From a virus: 36,609 nt of DNA. The translations under genes were made by a program, and so were the position numbers. Positions 30,679-36,609 of the stretch are shown here, piece after piece; the first letter of the stretch is position 1; each line of letters begins with the position of its first letter. Location: positions 1 through 36,609 of IMG/VR virus record IMGVR_UViG_3300000117_000005; one strand, 5' to 3'. The notes beneath the pieces are model-generated. The model saw only the letters and a program-made list of their open reading frames with translations. It was not told where the DNA came from and ran no database searches.

Positions 30679-30910
30679 TACAATAGAAGTAAAAGTAGAA
30701 GACGTGCGCTTTGACGTAAGCATGGATGGAGACTGCCCACAAGATATGTTCATTGATGGGGTTTGGCTCGTTGGCTCTGTTCAGGAGCTATCGTGCGTAC
30801 TAGACCCTACGGTCTACTGTGCAATCGAGGAGGCAGCGTGTCAAGAAATCATAGAGAGGCAGTACGAAGGTGCCATTGAGAGATACAAGGAGGAGTGCAT
30901 AGGATCATGA
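30665..30910 (+). CDS. Hypothetical early protein (81 aa)
   Basis: ATG start; 14-nt overlap with the upstream ORF. Confidence 0.5.
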   Translation: MKPNNTIEVKVEDVRFDVSMDGDCPQDMFIDGVWLVGSVQELSCVLDPTVYCAIEEAACQEIIERQYEGAIERYKEECIGS

Positions 30911-31341
30911 CTAAAGAACAGAAGAAACTAAAGAAGATAGAAGATCAGAGTATGTGCTACGCTGACGTTAGCAGTGCGTACTACTTAGGCAAAAAGTTCG
31001 CCTTAAAATACCGGAACTACGTACTGGGAACCAGTGCTACGCCGTTCGCAGCCAAGCAAGCTAGGAACCGATTCCGAAACCAGCTTGGGGTAAAGGCTGT
31101 TAAGATCGTTCCATTAGAGAAGGTGGTGCAGGATCATAGAGAACTGATGGAAGGCCCATGCGGTAAGAAGATCATGAGGGCAGTCGGTCAAGAAAAATAC
31201 GATGCTGAAGTCCAGAGGATCACCGATCTTCTGAACCCAGTCAACGATAGCGAAATGGAGGCCGTTAAGGAGGTAGCATTGGACAACCTGATGAAGAAGG
31301 CAGTAACAGAAGCCATACCCTGGGGAACACTAGTAATATAG
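30907..31341 (+). CDS. Hypothetical early protein (144 aa)
   Basis: ATG at 30907 (ATGA overlap), preceded by AAGGAGGAG (30887-30895). The track start at 30895 is GTG. Confidence 0.55.
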   Translation: MTKEQKKLKKIEDQSMCYADVSSAYYLGKKFALKYRNYVLGTSATPFAAKQARNRFRNQLGVKAVKIVPLEKVVQDHRELMEGPCGKKIMRAVGQEKYDAEVQRITDLLNPVNDSEMEAVKEVALDNLMKKAVTEAIPWGTLVI

Positions 31342-31343
31342 TT

Positions 31344-31592
31344 ATGAAGTACAACACAGAAAAAATACGTGCGCTAGGGATAGATCCTAGTGACCTGAGA
31401 ACCTCCCTGTACTGCCACTGGGAGATGGAGAAACTGGACTATCACCTAGACAGGATGGTTTCCTACTTGGTAGAGAATCGGTTACCACATACACTGTCAC
31501 GTATAGTGATTGATGAGATCGAGGAAGCCAAGGATGAGCTAAGGAAGATCTTCGATTACCTGTACGAGAAGGAGGGTCGGCTTGACAAATGA
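31344..31592 (+). CDS. Hypothetical early protein (82 aa)
   Basis: ATG 2 nt after the previous stop. A hairpin and T-run follow. Confidence 0.55.
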   Translation: MKYNTEKIRALGIDPSDLRTSLYCHWEMEKLDYHLDRMVSYLVENRLPHTLSRIVIDEIEEAKDELRKIFDYLYEKEGRLDK

Positions 31593-31616
31593 AGAAAGTT
31601 TGTCCAATTCTTTTTT
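31584..31616 (+). terminator. Candidate weak rho-independent terminator
   Basis: GACAAA (31584-89) pairs with TTTGTC (31599-604), followed by caattc and TTTTTT (31611-16). The stem is AT-rich. Confidence 0.45.
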
Positions 31617-31646
31617 CAGGTAGTAATACCATCAAAGATAGTTGCA

Positions 31647-31857
31647 CCCTTGGCCTTGAGATCAGGCGTACCTAGTGGTACAAGGGACATCGGTTGCCAG
31701 AAGTTGCCCATCTGGTTGTAAAAAGGATTGCGAAAGCAATGGCTAATGCCTGACCAAAGAGGATCATAGTGACGTACCGAGTCCTCTCAGGCACCAGCTC
31801 TACATTGACTCATTACAGGGATCAAGGATAGAATGGTTAGTCCCTTGTAGGGGCTAA
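31647..31857 (+). ncRNA. Candidate structured non-coding RNA (or structured origin DNA) upstream of the helicase
   Basis: A 365-nt gap with no credible ORF. It contains a three-way junction (31647-31686), a GAAA-tetraloop hairpin (31727-40), a 12-bp bulged helix (31747-93) and an 8-bp hairpin (31837-57). The strand is assumed from neighbouring genes. Confidence 0.3.
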
Positions 31858-31957
31858 TTGTACCCAGATACAACGATCTATTAAGGGATTAGAGGAGAGA
31901 AAATACTTACTTCTTAATAACTGAGTTTAGTAAGAAGTTTAAAAATAAAGGATTTAA

Positions 31958-33313
31958 ATGGGATTAACGATAGAACAACAGCACGTGATGGACTGTATGC
32001 TTACTGGCAGACAAGGCAGTAGACTGATATGCTTTGGATCAGCAGGTACAGGTAAATCATTCTTAATAAAAGAGATAGTAAAGACATTCGGTAGTACAAT
32101 CCTGGCTGCACCTACAGGTAGAGCAGCTACAATCATTGGAGGCAGTACAATACATAAGCTATTCGGGATACCTTCTACGCATCCAATCAATCCGAACTTC
32201 AAGGAGCAGCCAGTACACAGGCAGAGGTTCAACGATCCATCCTGCAGGTACTTTGGAGGACAACGCAAAGAAGTTCTGAAGCACTGCTCGTGGATTATCT
32301 TAGATGAGATAGGGATGGTAAGATGTGACCACTTGGATTTCATCGAAGCTGCCTTACGTAAAGCTCGTGGATCTTTCGAGCCATTCGGAGGAGCTAAGAT
32401 TCTGTGTGTTGGAGATGTCGGCCAGCTTCCACCCGTTGCCCAAGGCAGAGATGCTGGCACATTAAAACGGTACGGTTACAAAGCTCCGTTCGGATTATTC
32501 CAGAGCAATGTAATGAACACTGACTTCCATCAGGTCAGTCTTACGAAAGTAATACGTCAGGAAAATCCTATCGAGGCTAACATCTTGAACAGAATTAGAG
32601 TAGGTACTCAGACTAAAATAGATATTGACTATCTGAATACACGTGTGCAAGCACCTGATAGTAAAGCAGTTATACTGACTCCGCTCAGAAAGATACGTGA
32701 TGAGATCAATAAGAAAAAACTTAATGACTTACAAGGAAGGCTATTGTGTTTTTCTGCCACTCGAACTGGATCGTTCAAGAAGAAGAGAGACAAGGATCTT
32801 CCCATCGAAGAGAAGATATACTTGAAGGAGTACTGTCGTGTAGTTGTGAAAGCAAACATGACGTACAAGGTAATGGGAGTTACGCAAAGGATTGTGAACG
32901 GAGACACTGGTACGTTCTACGGAATTGATAAGCGTGGCCGTATGATAATCCACAGGGATTCTGACAACAGCATAATTTACCTGAAGCCAAAGAAGTACCA
33001 AGACAGTACGCCAAAGGTTACTATCGAGGATGGAGAGGAAAAGATTACTGATGAAAGTAAGGGAGAGTACGTACAGTTTCCTGTACAGCTTGGTTACAGC
33101 ATGACGATCCACTCCAGCCAAGGAAGCACACTGAATAAGGTACATCTACAGCTACCAAGGCAAGTGCCTATGGCTCCAGGTCTAACTTACACAGCCTTAT
33201 CTAGAATCAAATCGTTCTCTGACTTGACATTATCCAGAGATCTGCAAATGTACGATATATGGAGCGACGTTTCCGCTTCTTTTCACCACCAACAGTACGA
33301 GTTTAGTTACTAG
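31958..33313 (+). CDS. SF1B helicase, PIF1/RecD/Dda-like
   Basis: Walker A GSAGTGKS, Walker B ILDEIGMV, plus GDVGQLPPV, MTIHSSQGSTL and YTALSRIKS motifs. Confidence 0.85.
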   Translation: MGLTIEQQHVMDCMLTGRQGSRLICFGSAGTGKSFLIKEIVKTFGSTILAAPTGRAATIIGGSTIHKLFGIPSTHPINPNFKEQPVHRQRFNDPSCRYFGGQRKEVLKHCSWIILDEIGMVRCDHLDFIEAALRKARGSFEPFGGAKILCVGDVGQLPPVAQGRDAGTLKRYGYKAPFGLFQSNVMNTDFHQVSLTKVIRQENPIEANILNRIRVGTQTKIDIDYLNTRVQAPDSKAVILTPLRKIRDEINKKKLNDLQGRLLCFSATRTGSFKKKRDKDLPIEEKIYLKEYCRVVVKANMTYKVMGVTQRIVNGDTGTFYGIDKRGRMIIHRDSDNSIIYLKPKKYQDSTPKVTIEDGEEKITDESKGEYVQFPVQLGYSMTIHSSQGSTLNKVHLQLPRQVPMAPGLTYTALSRIKSFSDLTLSRDLQMYDIWSDVSASFHHQQYEFSY

Positions 33314-33339
33314 TACATAATAAGAAACCAATAAAAAAT

Positions 33340-34080
33340 ATGAGAGATACACGATACTGGAAAAAAGACAATACAAACGGGGGTTACTGGAGTAAATGCC
33401 GTGACCAAATAAGCAATGAGCAAGCCAATGACGGTAGAGTACTACACAAGTACACTAAGCCTTCACCTGGCGAGAGATGGCAGTACACTACAGATAAACT
33501 GTTCGGTAATATCGAGTCCGTTTACATCGACAACGGAATGTACGGTGAGGTTCTAAACATAGGACTTCAGCACGATCAAGGAGTAGATGTACTTAGCGTA
33601 CCTGTATGGAAAGACAAATCCAACGGGAAGCTATCTGTAGATTTCAAGGGTATTGCTAAGAAAATTCCCAATATCTCTGTTCATTCTCCCCTGAGTGCAG
33701 GTACTTGGATAAACCCTAAGGGAGCTTACACGTTCAAAGATCCACAGGGTAATGAGCGTACAATCGTACCGATCTACATTACGATGCAGCAAGGTGGAGC
33801 TAACGTTGCTTCAGCCTTCCCATATGAGGACGGCAAGTACGTTGGAGTTCCTGAAGCAGATTCTGCTAAGATCGGGGGCAGGACGTACTTCGACTTCTCT
33901 AAGCAGAACGACTTCTTCGTGGACACAGTTAATCGTTTCATCCAAGATAATCAATCTGTCTTTGAGGAACGTAAAGCTAATCGCTCCATGACTCCTGCTG
34001 AACAGGAAAGTCAAGAGCCTAAGAACATTCCTGTCACAGCTAATGCTGCTGACGATAGCGACGATGATCTACCGTGGTAA
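33340..34080 (+). CDS. Single-stranded DNA-binding protein-like protein (acidic C-terminal tip)
   Basis: The C-terminus ...AADDSDDDLPW mimics the SSB DDDIPF interaction tail. It lies directly after the helicase. Confidence 0.55.
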   Translation: MRDTRYWKKDNTNGGYWSKCRDQISNEQANDGRVLHKYTKPSPGERWQYTTDKLFGNIESVYIDNGMYGEVLNIGLQHDQGVDVLSVPVWKDKSNGKLSVDFKGIAKKIPNISVHSPLSAGTWINPKGAYTFKDPQGNERTIVPIYITMQQGGANVASAFPYEDGKYVGVPEADSAKIGGRTYFDFSKQNDFFVDTVNRFIQDNQSVFEERKANRSMTPAEQESQEPKNIPVTANAADDSDDDLPW

Positions 34081-34082
34081 GC

Positions 34083-34502
34083 ATGAGTGAAACTAAATGG
34101 ATTCAGGGGAAGCTTGTTAAGCAGGTGTACAAAGACTCCGCTAACAACTTCCAGCTTGAGCGTAAAGATGGTTCAACTTTCGGCCTCATATACAAAGGTT
34201 CTCCTCTCAGTAAATACGAGAGGGGGACTGAGGTGTATGCTACTGATGCCAGTCTGTACATAGACGGTAAGGTTAAGGTGTACAAAACGAATGAACCACC
34301 TAAGTTCAAGTTCAAGGAAGACACTACAACCTGCATTGACAGCCAGGGTGAAGTCCAGCCAACTCCAAAGGTACGTGAACTTACTACCGAAGAGCTTACG
34401 CTCGCTGGAATTGAGCTGTTGTTAGTCAGGTCGCTTGACATAGAGGTTCAACAAGTTAGGGTACTTATTCAGGAACTAGCGTTTAAGAAACTTTCTGTAT
34501 AG
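34083..34502 (+). CDS. Hypothetical protein (139 aa)
   Basis: ATG at 34083; the track start at 34074 is GTG. Confidence 0.5.
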   Translation: MSETKWIQGKLVKQVYKDSANNFQLERKDGSTFGLIYKGSPLSKYERGTEVYATDASLYIDGKVKVYKTNEPPKFKFKEDTTTCIDSQGEVQPTPKVRELTTEELTLAGIELLLVRSLDIEVQQVRVLIQELAFKKLSV

Positions 34503-34505
34503 CGT

Positions 34506-35153
34506 ATGTCAAAAGTGTTAGCCATCGGGGATTTGCATGAACCCTTTTGCCTCGATAAATATTTGAGGTTCTGCAAAAACGTGGATCGTAAGTACCGCTG
34601 TAATAAAGTTGTTTTTATCGGTGATGTTATTGACAACCATTACAGCTCTTACCACGAAACAGACCCCGATGGCTACTCTGCTGGCGAAGAACTAGACAGA
34701 GCTATACAGAGAATAGGCAAGTGGTACAGGGCATTCCCTGAAGCTTACGTCTGCGTAGGCAACCACGATAGGCTAGTCCATCGTAAGGCTTACACAGCAG
34801 GAATATCTAAACGCTGGGTCAGAGATTACAGTGAAGTTCTTGAAGCTCCTGGATGGGAGTTCGTTGAAAGCGTTACGATAGACAACGTAGTGTACTGTCA
34901 TGGCGATGGTAAGAAAGCTATCCAAAGAGCCAAGCAGGATATGCAATCAGTTGTGCAGGGACACTACCACTCTGAGTGCTACGTCCAGTGGCACACGGGA
35001 GCTAAGTGTAAAGTGTTCGGTATGCAGCTAGGATCTGGGATAGACAAGGACAGTTACGCTATGGCTTACGGTAAGTACGGCCCTCATCCAGCTATAGGAT
35101 GCGGAGTAGTACAGCACGGTAAGGTAGCTACTAATTATTTAATGGAATTATGA
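34506..35153 (+). CDS. Calcineurin-like metallophosphoesterase
   Basis: Motifs GDLHE, GDVIDN, GNHD, CHGD and GHYH in the canonical order. Confidence 0.8.
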   Translation: MSKVLAIGDLHEPFCLDKYLRFCKNVDRKYRCNKVVFIGDVIDNHYSSYHETDPDGYSAGEELDRAIQRIGKWYRAFPEAYVCVGNHDRLVHRKAYTAGISKRWVRDYSEVLEAPGWEFVESVTIDNVVYCHGDGKKAIQRAKQDMQSVVQGHYHSECYVQWHTGAKCKVFGMQLGSGIDKDSYAMAYGKYGPHPAIGCGVVQHGKVATNYLMEL

Positions 35154-35479
35154 CAAAAGAAAAGTTCGAAGAATTCACTAAGAGTTTATTCTCTAAAATG
35201 TCCAATGTTCTAAAGGACAAGAACAACGACTACACCGCAATGAGCACTTCTGCTTTCGCTAACTTTGAGCAAGCTAGGGAGTACGGAGTAGATCCTCTTA
35301 TCGGGCTGTGTGTTCGTATGGGAGATAAGATAAAGAGAGTGCAGACGTTCTGCAAAACTAAATCCCTAGCAGTGGAAGACGAACACGTTGAGGATGCCTT
35401 CGAGGATATTATCGGATACTGTACAATAGCTTTAGCAATGATTAAAGAAAAAAAAGAAAACCATATTGATTACCCATGA
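35150..35479 (+). CDS. DUF1599 (Nmad1) / MazG-like all-alpha protein
   Basis: Pattern K.NDY...NF...G......R.GDKIKR.......ED..ED.IGY..IAL is typical of this family. ATGA-coupled to the phosphoesterase. Confidence 0.5.
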   Translation: MTKEKFEEFTKSLFSKMSNVLKDKNNDYTAMSTSAFANFEQAREYGVDPLIGLCVRMGDKIKRVQTFCKTKSLAVEDEHVEDAFEDIIGYCTIALAMIKEKKENHIDYP

Positions 35480-35676
35480 AAGAAGAAACCTGCCATAATT
35501 GTAACCAAAGGTATATGCTTACCTTTAAAACCCCGTATAAAACCTGCACTATATCATCAGATGAAGTTGACATGATGCTCGATGAAGTGCTTGATGAGCT
35601 TGTTGTTCCTGCTGTGGAAGGAGTAGGATATGTAATAAAGCCAGGACACGTCGAGGTTTTTTACCTAGAAAAATGA
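35476..35676 (+). CDS. Hypothetical protein (66 aa)
   Basis: ATGA coupling on both sides. Confidence 0.5.
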   Translation: MKEETCHNCNQRYMLTFKTPYKTCTISSDEVDMMLDEVLDELVVPAVEGVGYVIKPGHVEVFYLEK

Positions 35677-36017
35677 TTCAAGAAGATTTTAAAGAATTAG
35701 CACTACAGGTGAAAGAAATGCTATCATCTGATTCAGGGTACGTTAAGGAAAGCGTAGCCCCTATGATAGGTGGTGGCTTTACTGGCGATCTAATGCCAGT
35801 GGGCTACCACGTTTTTCCAGCAAGGCAGGTATGCAGAACTGAGCTAGGGAAAACTCTAATGGATGAAGTCACTATGTTCCACCAAAAGGTAATAGACATA
35901 GACGATGATAACACTGTGATCGTGTATGCTGAGTCATCTCTTCTGCCTAATGAAACCATTCGGATTCTTGAGAGCTGGATGCAGAGATTCCTAGAGGAGA
36001 CAATGTACGAACTATGA
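35673..36017 (+). CDS. Hypothetical protein (114 aa)
   Basis: ATGA-coupled; a hairpin follows. Confidence 0.55.
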   Translation: MIQEDFKELALQVKEMLSSDSGYVKESVAPMIGGGFTGDLMPVGYHVFPARQVCRTELGKTLMDEVTMFHQKVIDIDDDNTVIVYAESSLLPNETIRILESWMQRFLEETMYEL

Positions 36018-36024
36018 AAAAACT

Positions 36025-36065
36025 AACGCCTAGCTCTAGGACGTAGTTCCTAGAAGCGTTTTGTT
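36025..36065 (+). terminator. Candidate terminator hairpin
   Basis: AACGC (36025-29) pairs with GCGTT (36056-60), enclosing CTAGGA-cgtagt-TCCTAG, followed by TTTTGTT. Confidence 0.5.
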
Positions 36066-36082
36066 ATAAAATATTGAATACT

Positions 36083-36349
36083 ATGAAATGTGAACACACA
36101 GGAAGAGAGATTATCAGTCCTTTGGATATTCCAACTGAAAATCCGGCACGTTATTTCGATGGTGGTCTTAAACCCAAGGATGGCGACTGGGTTCGATGGC
36201 GATCCAATGGGGAGCGATGGAAAGTAAATGCCCAAGATGATTTAGACAATCCGGGCACAGCACTTTCGAGAAAAGAGTGGCGGGATGATGTAATCTTCGA
36301 GAAGCGTCCAAAAACCAACCGCAACTGGAGCCGAAAAAATTTACAATGA
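36083..36349 (+). CDS. Hypothetical protein (88 aa)
   Basis: ATG at 36083 (MKCEHTG...); the track start at 36074 is TTG. Confidence 0.5.
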   Translation: MKCEHTGREIISPLDIPTENPARYFDGGLKPKDGDWVRWRSNGERWKVNAQDDLDNPGTALSRKEWRDDVIFEKRPKTNRNWSRKNLQ

Positions 36350-36397
36350 AATACATCTACAAAAAAGAACTGATGAGTTAAAACTAAAAGAGAAAAC

Positions 36398-36609
36398 ATG
36401 AGCAAAGACGAAATCTTAATAATCACACAAACTATCGCATTGCTGAATTCGATGGTGATATGCGGGGAAGACCATTCAAATCAGTCCAAGGAAGCGGTTC
36501 TTTCCGCGTACAAACTTCTGGATGACACAGAAGAAAAATTCCAAAGCGTTAAGTGCATGTACCAAAAAGAAATATCTCGTTTAGCTACAAAAGAAAAGTC
36601 ATGGAAACG
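36398..36609 (+). CDS. 5' part of the junction-spanning ~115-aa hypothetical gene (continues at 68..203)
   Basis: Hand translation: ATG 36398 MSKDEILIITQTIALLNSMVICGEDHSNQSKEAVLSAYKLLDDTEEKFQSVKCMYQKEISRLATKEKSWK..., open to the contig end. Confidence 0.6.
   Translation, partial: MSKDEILIITQTIALLNSMVICGEDHSNQSKEAVLSAYKLLDDTEEKFQSVKCMYQKEISRLATKEKSWK
36543..36609. repeat. Terminal direct repeat, copy 2
   Basis: Identical to 1..67. Confidence 0.95.

Noticed and set aside
31617-31957. tRNA or tmRNA gene in the helicase-upstream gap
   Set aside because: I found no cloverleaf with a 7-bp acceptor stem and no GTTCRANYC T-loop. I also found no T-loop-like sequence elsewhere in the window outside coding regions.

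Overview
The window is a complete, circularly closed tailed-phage genome that looks podovirus-like. Its first 67 nt recur exactly at the 3' end, giving a unique length of 36,542 bp, and one ORF reads across that junction. There are two arms. The minus-strand late arm (27870 down to 2376) encodes a small-terminase-like protein, TerL, portal, scaffold, major capsid, adaptor- and nozzle-like proteins, a tail fibre with a C-terminal S74 chaperone domain, and three large virion proteins. The plus-strand early/replication arm runs from 30191 across the junction to 2314. It encodes many small ORFs, a PIF1/RecD-like helicase, an SSB-like protein ending DDDLPW, a metallophosphoesterase, a DUF1599/MazG-like protein and an endonuclease VII-like nuclease. 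The arms converge on a terminator at 2341-2377 and diverge from a 2.2-kb, mostly non-coding hub (27.9-30.2 kb). Four things deserve a second look. (1) The hub holds three unrelated families of phased short repeats (8 x 14-bp dyad boxes at an exact 22-bp period, about 10 x TGTAAAYGTAAA at an exact 17-bp period, and CTCTAAG heptamers), a (TACA)n microsatellite, a G+C-rich structured island and one orphan 295-aa ORF with its own terminator. (2) A G+C-richer cassette of four proteins with Sec-type signal peptides sits inside the structural operon, and two of its beta-helix proteins share a C-terminal 15-aa tag that differs only synonymously. (3) A helix-rich ~340-nt non-coding region lies upstream of the helicase. 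(4) TerL has a 66-codon in-frame N-terminal extension with no start codon. By eye I recognised no DNA or RNA polymerase, primase, integrase, tRNA, CRISPR array or endolysin. All functional calls rest on motif recognition by eye; no searches were run.
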